Assembly: GCA_051362555.1 (NCBI GenBank)
Contig: CM120649.1
Coordinates: 12,090,001 to 12,154,000, forward strand
Direction of reading: 5' to 3'
Source of the DNA: Lingula anatina
Taxonomy: Eukaryota; Animalia; Brachiopoda
DNA length: 64,000 bases
Numbering within the stretch: position 1 is the stretch's first letter; each line of letters starts with the position of its first letter. The notes under the pieces were generated by a model that was not told where the DNA came from, did no database searches, and saw only the letters and a list, made by a program, of their open reading frames with translations. The translations under genes and the position numbers were made by a program. Shown one piece after another: positions 27,084 through 62,755 of the stretch.

Positions 27084-30000
27084 TTAGATTAGAAATCATA
27101 ATCACAAAGGGACACAGTTTGCTGTGATAGTGCCAAGTTAGCTTGTCAAAAATTTCCTAGATATCTTCCTTAAAGGTACATACGATTATGAACAGAAGCA
27201 AGCATGGATTCCCTATAACGCACAAAACCACATCAACTAGTTTTTTTATTCTACTCAAATAGAGTCTACATGCCAAGGGATAAACCAGATTAATCACTCA
27301 ATCAGAGATAAAAGAGGTTTAAAACTGCTCCTTCTTCAAATTTAGGGTTGTTAATTTGACCTGGTTATCCATTCCTCCAGCTCATAAAAGACCGCCAAAT
27401 GATGTAGTAATGTATGACGCATTGCTGTTACATGCACAACAGCATAATTTTTTTAACGAGTTGCTGAAAACAACTGATACTGGGCCATATGAAGGAATAT
27501 GCAATGTTGAATATGCTGGACAGCAATGCAGAATTTGCTTAGAATTTTATCTTCGGTCGATTTTTTTTTTTTTTTTTCTCGTGGAGTGACTTCTTTATTA
27601 GCACCAGATCTGCACCCTCTTGTTACAAAGCTTACATTTCAGCATAATATGTGGAGATAACTAGCACTGGGGCAATGGAAATGAATTCAAGATGAGAGAT
27701 TGTAGAAGACTTCAGGAGCATTCAATGGTGATGGAGCAGAGGCCAACAAGGGAGTTCCATCATGTCAACTGAGGTGATGAAAAAACACAAACCCAGTAGT
27801 TGAACAAGGAGGCACTTTCCATTTTCAAATAAGCCCAAGCACATCTGGAAGCACACCAGAAATAACTCCAAATGCTCTTTATATCAGGCTATTGAGAGGT
27901 AGTGAACTGGTTACCTAGCTAGAAGATGATATTGAAGCTTATTAGGGCAGTTGGTTCAGGGCTTACATGGCTAAAGCCAGTAATAATCCCAACTGACTGA
28001 CCAATCAAGAGACAAAGGATTTTACTTATGAAATAATGCAAGGCATGAATCTTTAACGAATTGGTGTTTTTAAGGAAGAATTATCCATTTTTGCTGTATG
28101 TACAGTTGGATTTGACACAGCCGTGTGTTATAGGGGTCCTCTGTGTAATTTGGTCATCTGATTACAGCAGGTTAACTATTCATTGCTGAGGACCATCTGT
28201 TGTGAATGGGGTACTAAGTGTCAGCTTTATTCAAGTGACCTTTGATTAGCAGGGCACCTGACCTCAGATCACCATCTGTTTGAATTGCCAGTCTTGTGAA
28301 GAAGGTTTTGGATTACATAAATACACAGGTTTGTCTTTGCGTCTATGGGGAAAACAAAGGAGATTAATATAGATGCTTTTCAGTGAATGAAGTCAAGTTA
28401 CACCAGGACCATAGGCGGGGAATGGGGTAGTGAGGGGGGGGGGGGGGGAATAAAAGGAACTTTTTTTTTTTTTTTTGTTGGAAAAGGTCCTCTTTAATCT
28501 AAAGTTGACATGGGTTGTAAGATCAATTAAGGAGGCTGAAGGGCAGTTTTTTTCTGGTAAAAAACCACCACCCTCTTCTACAATTTTTGGCTGTAGGTAT
28601 GTATACTGCCATTGGTGTTTGCACGTTAAAGCTGACCTTAAACATGGGTAAGAGGATATTATATTAAATAAACACAAGTTTGGTCTTTTCTAGCAACAAA
28701 GGATTCACTGGTGAAACAATACATGGAATGGATTTTTAACAAGTATGCTGGTATCCATTTATCTTAGGAAGATCATTAAGGTGCCATGTGGTATGGTTTG
28801 TGTACAGAAAAGATTGCACCAAGTCCACATCGGTCATATTTCATACAACCGTCATTGGTATATATCTTAATTGCTGGTAGAATTTGAATGAATCAAAAGT
28901 TGATAGCTAAATGTTATAACACTGCAGCGGATCATATGGATAGGTGAATGGACCTCTGGTGTTTTATGTGCGTATCACCACAATAGGACGTTGTTCTTAA
29001 TGTACTTGTTGATATATTGACTGTTAGACAAAGGTCGCAGAATAAGTTGACAAAGTTTTCAGATTTAAGTCATAAATTGCAATGGCAATTGACATAGTCT
29101 TGTCTTGATCAGTAGACTGGGCTTACAGCCTGCAGGTGGCAGCACTGTCACGTGTGTGTGTCTGACATTACTCCGGAGCTCTTATAACTTATGCATGAAT
29201 GTCAGTAACCTGTTTTCTGCACGAAAAGGAAAAATTACGCTGTCTATTCCTGTGCCATGTGGCAGAGCATAGTGCACTTCCAATCCCAAAAGTATCAGGA
29301 CCGAGTTATAAATAACTTGTCTGATGTTTAACCGTTGGCAGATGGTTTAGTTCACAACAAACAAGTTCCTGCATTGTGAGCCTGGGAAATTGTGACATTG
29401 CGCATTTTGGATCCTTGGTGGAGCTGACACTTATTATTGAGATATTATCCCAGCAGAGGTGAGTAGTCGAGAGACTATGAGGACGCCCTGTCTGTCAACT
29501 TAGAACGAGAGGGAGAGGGAAATGCCTGATGGGCTTGCATTGAGACATTAAGTTAGAAGAAGATGGTACAAAATCTCTTCATCTCTGTGGATGGGTAATG
29601 ATTCACTCCTGGCTGAGCAGTGTGACCTCACCGCATATGTTGTCTGCATGGTGATCAGGTGCCCCTAGACTGAGTATTTGGCAAGATCTAGAATGTTCTA
29701 TGCTTTTCCAGAGGGCTGGCAAAGTTATATGTTATGCAAAGTCTGTGGGGTTGCAAAATTTATGATGTTGTGTGGTTTTCAGAGACCCACTATAGTTAAC
29801 CCGTATGCTAAGCCTGTGGGGTAGCAATAATGATATCTGGAATGTTCGACTGTTTTTCAGAGGGCTGGCATAGTTAACTGAGTTAACCATCCTTGACCCT
29901 GTCTGTGTGAGAAATTGAAGGGTATGCTCAGAAGATTGCTGGACAGAGCAACTAGTCTGGTTCTGTGCAGACAAATCAATAAGTCTAAAGAACAATTTAT

Positions 30001-31607
30001 GGCTTGTCTGGCTCACGGCATCTTCTGTACTGCATATTGGCAAGAAGAATATTTGTGCAGAGCAATCCAATCACTTCCAGGAGGTGCCAGCTTTAGAGCT
30101 TCATTTTACATAGACACTGGTTCATTGCTAACAGGGGGGTTATCAGCAAGATGATTTGCTATTAATGTTATAAAGAATAAAATAGCACAACATAACAAGT
30201 TCACAAAGTCTTTTTTTTTTAATACATTCAAACAAATATGTAGACCTCTGCTCAGTGATAGTGGACAAGGCTTTTAAATCTAATGTTAGCTTGGGTCAGC
30301 ATTGGTCACCATGCTGTTTGCTCACACAGTCAAGTACACACATAATCATGATAATATTTAGCCATATTTATAATCTTGTAGTTTCTTTCTAGCAGATGTG
30401 TGTACCTGAAAAACACTTATGTCAATCAAACTATTTGGGGGTTAAGTTTGCCTGTCTGTAAATATGACCTCAATGTGTGCTTGAAAGCTTAAACAGAATA
30501 CTCTAGTTGTTGGATAGATGGGTGTATACATACATTGACATAAGACAAATTTCCAGTTCAGGATTGATGGCTTGAGTTGATACAATACCAGCAAATTGTA
30601 AAATATGATTATCCATCAAAGGGAGTGAATCCCACGAAATGTCATTTAGCTCTGTTACCATTCAGACTGATCTTTGGTGGAGCAATAAAAGGATTAGATT
30701 GGCTTCATATGGCAAGAAACCCATTGTAGCACTTGTTGTATAGGTAGTTAAGTCACCACAAGTTGACTGGAAATGCTTTTCCAGAGGAGGGTCAGAACAT
30801 ACACCATGCTATCTATATAGGACAGTTGCCTGGCTGTATAAATATACATGTATATGTAAGTATACATGTGTAGTAATATTAAAGGGAACTTGTTGCTGTA
30901 CAATAATCAATAATAATTATAACAGTGGTGCTTTGGCAATACCAAGTAAGGAGAATTTGAAGTTCTTTACTTGTATTTACTCGTTAAAGGATTGACCCTG
31001 ACATTACAATTGAAGACCTTGAAATAACCCCTTAGCAGTAAAAAGGAGACACGTTGCCACAGTGTTGGAATGTGGTGTGCTCAGTTAGGTGCAGTAAGAG
31101 CTAGTAGGGTATGATAAATATTATAACCAAGGAATTTTGAAGAGGATAGTTAGAGTATTGAAAGTATGCACTTCAGCTGAGATTGAGAAAATTCCACAGG
31201 TAAGAGGGTGGGGGGGGGGGAGATTGTATAGAAGGCATGTGTTTGCCTCATGGCTTGTTTTAAAGAACTAAGTGTGATAAAGTTGTGTGAAGGTGTTAAT
31301 TTTTGTCTTAATTTGTGGTCCAAGTTAGTATTGATATAACATAACCTGAGATAGTGGACATTGACATAGGTCAAGCTAACTTGCTTACAAACCTTGTACT
31401 AGAATACTAAGCACAGACTATTATTTAGGTATTTTATTATTGCCACTTTTACTGTTAATCTGTAAAATCTGTTGATTTTTTAAATTAACTTTTTTTTTTA
31501 CATAGTAGTTTTGTGCTTTCCTTTGTTATAGCTTCTGAGGTTCATGTTACTGAAATTTTCATGGAAAGGGCTATATATAGTAATAGGGCTAGTGCATTTT
31601 AGGCTAA

Positions 31608-31854
31608 GACCCCATTCCCATAGATCAGTCAGCATAGATGGGCTCAACCTTGTTGGGACTCGGGCTGAGTGCAGTCAGCTTAACTGAATGACACCTCTTG
31701 TTTCCAATGTCTTCATATAATAAGTGGCTTTTCTGTATTCTACTCAATGTCAAGAGGAGGCATTTCATTCAGTTAAGCTGATTGCACTCAGTGAGAGTCT
31801 CCACAGACTCGGGACTTTTCTATGTAGACCAATGGTGTCTATAGGAATGGGGTC
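31608..31854. mobile_element. Family-A-related MITE
   Basis: GACCCCATTCCCATAGA...TCTATAGGAATGGGGTC; internal inverted arms TGAGTGCAGTCAGCTTAACTGAATG; CTAA on both flanks. Confidence 0.8.
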
Positions 31855-34800
31855 CTAAGCCCTCAAATTATGTTATATTAAGTGAAATGAAACCATGATA
31901 TCAGAATCCTTGTTGACATTATGGTTGTGAGGGTATACATGGGTCATGACTGTGGTGTGCCATTCATATATATATACTTCTGTTGTGAAAGACTGATAAA
32001 CCACTGACATGCTTACATGCTTCTTAAAATGAAAGTCCTTATAACTTGTATAATATGTTCATTCATATATGTAGTAGGTTTGAAGTAACAGAGTAATACT
32101 GAGTTAAGACTGTCTGTGACAGCCCCTAGCAATGCATATAACATTCCATAAAAAACATTCCCTGTCATCTGTCTTCATCTTTTATGACATCTTTGATGTT
32201 TGTGACTACAGATTCTACGTCTGCTGTAAAACACAGCTCTAATATCGTACAGATGACATCATGACAACCATCACCAGTGTTTAATACTTTTTTGTCTTGT
32301 CTGGTGTGCTTTCTGGCATGTCTGCATTGGCAGTCATTATGAAATCTTTCTCCGTTTGGACCCCAGCTGGGAAATGGTGCCCTTCCTGCATGCAGATAGC
32401 ACTTCAAAGTTGTAGAGCATTATTACTGTAATCAGTAATGCATGAAGCATACTGGTCCCACACATAATGCTTAATCAAGTTGTATTTTTTTTATTAGAAA
32501 GCCTGTTTTAACCAGTATACTTGGAGAAAAGTACTTGAATAGGATGGCAGTAGAAGACATGTATATCTCATTTAATATTAGTGATGTAGTCAGACAACAC
32601 ATCAGAGCGTGCAATCACAGGCTGCCAACTGGCACTAGCGATATTTACAGGCAAGCCAGCCGAGTGGAAATAAGGTCACTCTGCATTATTTGTCACTTAA
32701 ATGATGCTATTTTTACACAGAGATGCCTGCTGTCTAGACTTGACACCAACTTCCACTGTGGCTCAGGATGCTAAAGTTATCTATTAGAACTGAGCTCAAG
32801 ACATTGAATATATAATAGGTTGTGGATTAGCAGAGAGTCTAGAAGGTAACATTAAGACAAAATGTGCGTGAATGACTATCCATGATCTAATGCATGTCAA
32901 GTTAATGAATGAAATTTATTGATGTGACAATTTGAAGAAAGTGTCTAGTATTGTGTATGGCCAAAAAGTTTGTTTTTTTTTAATGTGTTGACAGGGGCAG
33001 TTTCACAAGTATGATAGCACATATATGACCAGATATGTGACTGTGTTCTTATGCTCAGTGTGATTGAGGAAATATTTTGTTCAGCGACATTTAAACAATC
33101 TGAGGAAATCTCAATGCACCAGGCTAATATAGTTGAAAAGACAGATAGAAGCCAGTCTGTTGAGAAGCCCCACACAGCAGTGAGCATATATAGGTCTTTA
33201 ATGCTTTTTCTTCCCTTTGAAGCTATAGAACTTAAGTGCTTTCCCTTTCACTGCACTCTACCTGATTGATTTGTGGTAAAGATGTTTGAAGACTTCAATG
33301 AACGGAAACATCAGCAGTTCAATATGGCTCAAAGTCAAAACCCCTCTTCGGGACTCTACGGAATGATGTATGTCATTAGGATGGCTTTGGAGACTGAACA
33401 TGTCTGACACAGTTATCCAGCAGTGGTTTGCAGACACAACATATTTTGTGGTGTCCTGTTTTGAAAGAGGCAATTAACATTGTCATATTTAAATATATTA
33501 AGTTATATGGATTTATATAGATTTATGATAAAAGTTAAATCTTTTGTACACGTATGGTGCTTGCATTAATATTAAGGTTATATACCCTAAAAGTTCCTTG
33601 ATATAAAACTTTTTTTAACACAAAGTTGATCTTGTAAACCTATCATTTCACATTTATTTTCTCTATTGATTTGTGTAAGGTTTGCCTTAGCATTCATGAG
33701 GAAAAAAAACTAAATTTCATTGAAAATTAATTTTTTCTCTAAAAAATTGCCCTAATCTCTAAGACTCACTTAAAGTTTAGGGTAACTTTCTACTTGGTAA
33801 GGCTCTTTTGTGTAACTGGGGTGAATTGAATTCACCTTCTTGTGAACTTGTATTTGGAGCAGTAGTTCTAGAATGGATTGAATTCAGCTTTTAGTGAAAC
33901 TTCTTCTCGGAGCAGCAGCTCCAGACATGAACTGTTGTTTCTAGTGTCTGACTAACTCTCTGTGGGTCACGACCAAGTCAGACTGGGTAATGTGTTGTTA
34001 TTGGACACATTAGTGGTGATACCTCCGCCTTCGTTTTGGGAGGTGGAAATAAACACAAAACCCCATAATGTCTCCAATGGTTTATTGACTACTTGAAAAG
34101 AAAAAAGCTGGACTGACTCATTGCTCTCTCTGTGTGATGTCATGTATAATTGTTGATTCTGTCCTCCCATCTTTTCCTCCCAGTCAAAGCAAGCTACTGT
34201 AGCTTTATAAAGAGCACTACCAGACAGTGATACATTCATGACTTGTTTCTCATTCTGTGCTTGGACTGCAGGCCCTAGCTGTTATAACATTTGGATAGAC
34301 CTGGAATTGCTTGTAAGTGGATGCTGGCAGTGTTATACACCAGTTGGTAAAAAGACCTGGAATTGCTTGTACTTAATGCAAGAACAATCAGGAGCAGTGA
34401 AACATTTTCAGACAAATTGGTTTGCTCAGTAGCTAAAAAGATCACTTTTTAGTCTGTGATACATGTGATCAGTCAAGAGTTTCAGACTGCAGACTGTGAC
34501 TTACCTCCCCCCAGCTGACAGGGGCTAACAGAGCTGTGCCAAGAATAGAGGTGAGTTTCTGGCAGGCTCTGAAACCTTGGGGTGCTCTGAGGCTGGTAAA
34601 CTGTGCGAGTTCTGCTAGTAGCTTAATCTGGGGTAGCGCTAGTACTCTCCAATTTAGCCAAATGTTAAAAACTACTCTACAGTAGTCTATGAAAACATAG
34701 ATGTAACATAGATGTATGGATTTTTGGCAGATACTTGTTTGGAAGAGATCAGTGAGTAGAGCACCCTAGTAAACCCATTGGGCTGTGATATGTCACCAAA

Positions 34801-34983
34801 TTAGGTGCATGCGCTGTCATGACCTTTAAATGTAGTGATGGCAAAACAGTAGTATTTGGAAACTTCTCACCAAGACTTCACTTTTCTCGAAGGGGTTGCT
34901 GTTCTAAAAACCTGGATTCCTCTGTGATTACCAGTGTATCTTGCCAATTGTAAAGCAAAGATATATATATATCTGTACTTGTA

Positions 34984-36605
34984 CAGTGATTGCAAAAGCC
35001 GTCGGACCACGGCCATATGCCGGCAAAAGTTCTGTGGGCTGGAAAACCCTTTTAACTCATCGGCCCACATGTCCGACGGACTAAAGTCAGTTTCTTTAAC
35101 AGACACCTCGCCTCATATTTGAATTTATCGTAAAGCTCTAAGTACGCACTATTCGCAAGTAAAACTTTAACTTGCGCCATACTGGCGCGTTTGTAATTAA
35201 GGTCTACGTACATTATGATGTCGCTTGAAGTGTGCGTAGCGATGGTGTGAGGGCTGACATGTGACCCGTTTCACAAAAAAATGTATCGAAACTGAAACAA
35301 CTACAGGTCAATGAAAAACGTACTGCTCAAGACTCTGAAAACAGGCCGCTCAAACTGCTTAGACTGGCCACGCGCGGACCTCTGAGAACACCTAACTACA
35401 CGTGCTGGGTAAACAAGTATGGCTTCCGTCGGACTGCATGTTGAGTAAACGATAAGTGAAAAGGAGAAATATTCATTTGCTTTGTAGATGGGTGCTCTTA
35501 ACTAATTTTAACGGATATTTTAAGTCATATTGCGCCTTTAGCGGTGCTATATGTCAAAATGAGGGACAACATCATTTTCCATGCGGAAAATCCGCAATGG
35601 CACAGTCAGGGTGCAAAACTGTCCATTACAGTATATTCATCTTAACTTTTGTCTTAGATATTGAATAAAAATTCTTTTCAGACTCTGGCCCGTAGCCAGG
35701 GATGGTTCAGGGGTTTCGAAAGAAGCGCCTCTTATGCTGACAAAAGGTCCACTCTTGGTAAAATTAGATCTAGGTACATGGCGTTTTTATGGAAAAAGAC
35801 CCTCCCCCCCTTTTAAAATTGCTGGCTACGGGCCTGCTATGAGAGCAATAGCTTTATTTTACAATAAAAATGGGATTTGTCTACCTTTTCCATGTAGTGC
35901 AATTATTTGGCATAGTGCAATTATCAATTCTGAAGATTTTTCCATTAAGTACTGTACAATTTTTCAGACAGTATGTTTATTTTGGAAGATTTTTCCACAC
36001 ACTACAATTATTTAGGACTTCAGAGTAGTAGCATTAAGCCTTTTTTCATTGACTTTAATCATATAAAAAAATATTGAAATACAATGAATTTTCTTTAAAT
36101 AATTCACACACTTTTTTTGACCAAGTGGGCCAAAATGGCCTGACCAATTTTGACCCAGGACAATCCCAGCTAACAGACAAGCATTTTTCCAAGAGTGAAA
36201 ATCTAAAAAACGTTACAAAAGTTGGAAGCTCCACTTCACTATGACTTATGTTTTAATTTAAGTCAAAAATTGGAATAAAATTTACAAAGGATACATGATC
36301 TTGTGTTAAAAGATTAGAAATTAAGATAGGCAACCCAGATGTAAAAAGGATAAAACTTAAATGCCAGAAAGCAACCAAAATGAAAGATGTTTAAACTTAA
36401 ACCTTTAAACATCCTATAACATCTTGCCTGAAAATTAAAAAGCAACAATTTAAAATGCCAGACAATAATATTCATCAAAAATGAAGTGAAAATATACAGC
36501 TTGGTTATTTTGTTGTGGGCCGGTAAAAAAAGGTGTGGGCTGACAAAATTTAATTTGCTCCAGCCCACATGTCTGGTAAGTGTTCAATCTCTTTCGCAAT
36601 CACTG
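34984..36605. mobile_element. Non-autonomous DNA transposon (hAT-like), 1622 bp, 6-bp TSD
   Basis: TIRs CAGTGATTGCAAAAG / CTTTCGCAATCACTG (14 of 15 match); CTTGTA on both flanks; subterminal TGTGGGCT...GCCCACATGTC motif near both ends; CpG-rich left part. Confidence 0.82.
35685..35836. mobile_element. 152-bp hAT-like MITE nested in the 34984-36605 element
   Basis: TIRs CTGGCCCGTAGCCAG / CTGGCTACGGGCCTG; no clear TSD. Confidence 0.7.
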
Positions 36606-38831
36606 CTTGTATTGAAGAGAAGGTGTGTGTGTGTGTGTGTGTGTGCATGCGTGTGTGCATGTGTTGGGGTAAGGGGAGTATCACATGTATGCAGATAAGT
36701 CTTTTAAACTTCATGGAGTAGTTTATGTTTGATTTCAGAGAGAGATCTTGTGGAGGGGTCATAAGTCTGGAAGCATCTCGTTATGCAGAAAGCACTGTAG
36801 CAGAAATTGGATAACATGTGTATGTAAATTATGTAAACTTGGAAGGGATGTTATTATTTTGTTGTAATGTCATGTGCATTTGTATCCTACGTGGCACATT
36901 TTCCTTGTCAACTGAATGAAAACATCAGTTCTCCTGACTGAAAATAATTGCATTTGGAAACTATGATCATGACAGGATTGTGTACCCTCTATGTCTGTAC
37001 AAGTGGGGACTAGCACGCATTATACTTGTTTTTGAACCAGTGTTATGTTAATGATGTCTTTTTTTTTTTTTTTTTTTTTTGAAAGAGTTGTCCATAGCAG
37101 TTGGGGAGAATAAAGCTAAGAAAGCTCATCATTGATTCTCCTGCATAAGTGCATTGTAATTTGTTTTGGATGAGAGAACACAGTTCTTACTGTGCAAAGA
37201 ATCATGTATTTATATTTATATATATATATTAATATTTGTGTCAGCTCCTGTGATTAATTCTGTGTGCGTCTCACCTGAATTGTCAAGGTGAGCATGTCAA
37301 AGGTAGAATGTCTATTTGGCAGATAGTCTAAGGTGTTAAGTCAACATGCCAGGCATGCTGGTGAATAGGAAGGTGTGGTGGGGATGTGTTCTATGGGAAG
37401 ATGGGAGATAGGGTCAGATAGGAAGTGTGTTTACGAAGACCATGAGGAATAAGGACTGAAGTGACATACTGTCAAAGTGATGGCAGGGGCCAGATTTGGC
37501 ATATTCACTGGCGTGTAATATGGTTTATATTAATGCTTAAGCTGAATTAAAGAAATATATAAATAGATGCATAAGGATTTTTTTTTACCTTTTGACAATA
37601 AATTCAAATAAGTTTCTGATGAGAGTTAAAGGTTTAGTATAACAGTAGCAGTTGTTTTGCAGGCAGTGCTGGCTTATGATGAGGTATACAAGTACTCTGT
37701 AGTGAAGGTTACCCCCTTCACAGGGCTCAGGGGTTCAATTCACAGACTTAATAAAATAAGAGAAAAAAAACTAATGCAGCTCCTTTACTTCAATGTTTGC
37801 CTCACTGGCATCTGGCTACAAATAAGAAAGTTCCCTGTGTAGTGTAACAGCGTCATTTGTTCCTCTCAAACTATAGCTACAGTGGTTGGATTGTTCCTTT
37901 GAGAACAGTTGTTTGCAGATAGGGTCCAGGCTGAGGGAGTATGTCTGACTGGAGGAAGTATGGTGAGTTGAATACACTGGCTGTTTATTGTTTCTACAGG
38001 TTAATGAACTGCCTGGGTGGTCATTTAGATTATAGGATACCCCTTGTTTTAAGTCTCTCTTTTTTGTGCCTAAGTGGTCAGAAGAAAATGAGCTACTGAT
38101 GTATATGTTTGAAGCTTTGAAGTTCTAATTTCTGGATTTTTTCTTTAGTTCTAAATGATACAGTCACGAATCTGTAAATAATTGCCCACTTCTCTTTATT
38201 GAATGTTTGAGTGATTTGCTGTTATCATTTTTCTTTTGTAAGTGACAATGTGCTATTGGTTAATTTTAACAGATAATTTGTTAAATGACACAAATGGGTT
38301 CCTCATAAGGCTGTGTCCATAATCACAGTTTCAGCCTGTATATAGGGTTATATATAAATTGGTTTCACTGTTGTAGCCAGCCAACAAAATTGGTTACAGG
38401 AGCATTAGACGGTGATGAAGGTCGTTTGTAATCAGGTCATAGGCTGAGGTCACTTGGTCTGTTTCCGGTCTATGTGAGTTCAGTTGTGGACATTGTGTAT
38501 GCCCCTTTCTTTTGATATGAATTGCCCGAGACTACACATGAAGTTATAATCACCAGGAATTATGACTTAGGTGTATTAGATGAAGATATGTCTGCAGCAA
38601 CACAGGAAGCGGATTGCTAGTGGTTCGGCTCCAGTTCTCAGAAACCACATAAAATAGATGGGCTGTGGTTGCATTGTCAGTGTGGGTATTGTCTGGGAGA
38701 TGGGGAAATAAATAGGTGGGGGTGAGTTAACAACCACACAGATGGTAAGGTGGGGAACAGATTGGTAAGTTGACAGACCAACAGAAAAGGAACATATGGA
38801 AGGCAAACAGGGAACTTATAATCCTGTATAG

Positions 38832-38845
38832 AGAGACAGACAGGC

Positions 38846-38884
<39 letters not shown>

Positions 38885-38885
38885 T
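38832..38885. repeat. (GACA)n microsatellite
   Basis: Seen directly. Confidence 0.9.
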
Positions 38886-39251
38886 GGAATGTGTGAAGAC
38901 ATGTACACACTGAGACAGGCAGGTAAACAAACTGGCAGAGCCAGATATGTACAGACAGACATGAGAAACTGTAAATGGAGTGTCTGAGTCTCTGACAGTG
39001 TTCGCATGTAAATCATGTTCCAGACACTTTATGATATGATGAAACATAATTCCTAAAAGCTTTCATGAATACAGACTGCTGCTGCCTGCCCCTGTGGCGG
39101 TGTTTTTTTGTGAGATATTTACTTGTTGACTAGAGCTCTCCTTCAGTTGGTAATTTCTTTGTTTATGACAGGATAACAGACTTATATCAGGTTTGTTGCT
39201 CTGCCATCATATCAGTAAATGTAAAGCACTGCTATCTCTTCATTGTCATTA

Positions 39252-40509
39252 GGCCACACTTTTTTATTTTTATGGATGACATCCTCTGAGTACCCCAAAA
39301 TCGGTGCGAGAGGGCGAAAAAAAAAAAAACAGTCCAAAAAAAAAAAAACTGCTTAAGTAAAGTAATGCTGTCAGTACACAGCTGGAAACACAAATTTAAC
39401 CACAGAAACACGTATCAAACTAACAATATGTCTTTATCCATGCTCTCAAAATATTAAAGCATTGTGAATACGTCGTAGAAATGTAAAAAAGGTCATGAAT
39501 TGATAAACTTCATATTGCCAAATCTATTTAAGGTTATTTCATGCATTCATTTGGTATAGCAATCAAAAAAACAAATATCAATCAAACAGTGTGTCTTTAT
39601 TTGTATTCTCAGAATATTAAAACATTTTGAACACTTCACAGAAATGTTTAAAAAATGATGCAAAGATATGCTTAATACTACCAAATCTATTAAAGGTCAT
39701 TTCAGACGATGCCATTTTGTCAACTTTAACTCACACGAAGCAGCCAAACTGTCAGGTGGCCTGTCCGACCTTCAGCCCACCAAATACCTCGACGCCCTTG
39801 TTGACCCTTTTTTCGCTACAGAAAACCTGGTATTAATGTGCTGCTTTATACAGAATGTCACAGAAATGTTTCGGCCGCCGCCAGCCTTTCGCACAATTGT
39901 AAAAAGGTGATATCTCCACCCGCACGAAAATGAAGTAGATACTCCAGCGCAGTAGACTACTGCAATCATACTGCAAACATGCTTCAAATCTGCTTCGATG
40001 TGGGAGCTAATTAGCATATTTGAAACATGCTTCTATCATGCTGCTAATCTACTGCATTAATGCTCCTCCTCTGTACAACCCTATGTAATTTTTGAAGTAG
40101 AATTGCAGTAGGCTATACTGCATTTCTACTGCAAATATGCTCCACACCACTACTGCGTTAATGCTTCTTTGCTACTTCGATACTACTGCATTTTTGTGCG
40201 GGCATGCCCAATATCAATGGCATACCAATCCAAAACGATGGCGCCCGTTCTCTTTATGACTTTTATTGTTGTGTAATTTGAAAGTAATCCTAGAGATGAA
40301 TTTGACATCAAAGTAGCCGCATTTCCACGTGGCGAAAATACGCATGCGCAGAAAGCTCATTTCCTTGCAAATTCAATAACAACGTTTGCGACAACCGACT
40401 TCGTTGGGGGCTGGGGGGGGGGGCCTTTTTTTTTTTTTTTTTTTTTGGAGAACGGGCGAAAATCCGTGCGCGCGCAGGATGTCATCCATAAAATTAAAAA
40501 AGTGTGGCC
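39252..40509. mobile_element. Non-autonomous DNA transposon with TTA TSD (Harbinger- or Zator-like)
   Basis: ~34-bp TIRs GGCCACACTTTTTTATTTTTATGGATGACATCCT; TTA at 39249-51 and 40510-12. Confidence 0.86.
39919..40202. mobile_element. CMC/EnSpm-like MITE nested in 39252-40509
   Basis: CCCGCACGAAAATGAAGTAG...CTACTGCATTTTTGTGCGGG; CA on both flanks; internal TACTGC repeats. Confidence 0.75.
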
Positions 40510-41149
40510 TTATGAAATAAAAAAAAAGGTTGGATAAGAAGATGTCTGTATCAGATATGGTGAGGGTGACATTGTCTGTGGTTATAATTAGGATGGAATA
40601 GTACTGTCTGATAAAGAGAGTAAATTATGTGTTCAGTGCACTGTTTGCTACTCAGATTTTAACAAAATTTATTACTGCTTCTAAGGTTTATGGAGGCTGA
40701 AATTACTTCATGCATGGATAGCAAGCCTTGAGTCATAACTATAATCAAACAGCATGCCCCTGAACACATTATATCTCTTTTAGCTATTTTAATATGCAAT
40801 TGTGTTTAAAAATTGAAATTCAAAATTTCAATTGATAGCAGGTTCAACAAGCTCTTTTAATACAATTGGAAAGATGGCATTAGGAAGGGTCCATTCAAAG
40901 CAGCATGACATTAAACTGGAAATAATCTAAATGATAATACCACACACACTCAGATATACAGGGATTCTCATCAAATCCATTGTTTAGCAAATAGACTACC
41001 TGGTGACATCATGTAGACTAGATCTGGTTAAAGGTTCAAGTTGCCTTGTTGTGAAAATATTTTTGGACATCATCAATTAAAAAATGTCATTTTCTGTTAG
41101 CTTTTGATGTCTTATAAGTCATTACCAATGTCCTCTCTTATCATTCCAG

Positions 41150-62598
<21,449 letters not shown>

Positions 62599-62719
62599 TG
62601 GTGCAGGTGAAATCCAGGCGTTGTCCCAGAGAGGAGTAAAAGCCAACGACATGGTCCATCTGGACTGAGCAGTGCACAGTAAAACAAAGTGATGGTATCA
62701 AAGCCACAGGTGGCCTCTG

Positions 62720-62755
<36 letters not shown>

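Noticed and set aside
27170-27350. TTAAAGGTACA Kolobok-like left end (similar at ~13047-13213)
   Set aside because: No clear matching right end or TSD; too weak to call.
29705-29880. Three degenerate ~74-bp repeats
   Set aside because: Short, diverged local duplication with no further structure.
490-40017. Numerous 60-156 aa ORFs in the supplied track
   Set aside because: No recognisable domains, mostly non-ATG starts, and expected by chance in AT-rich intron DNA.
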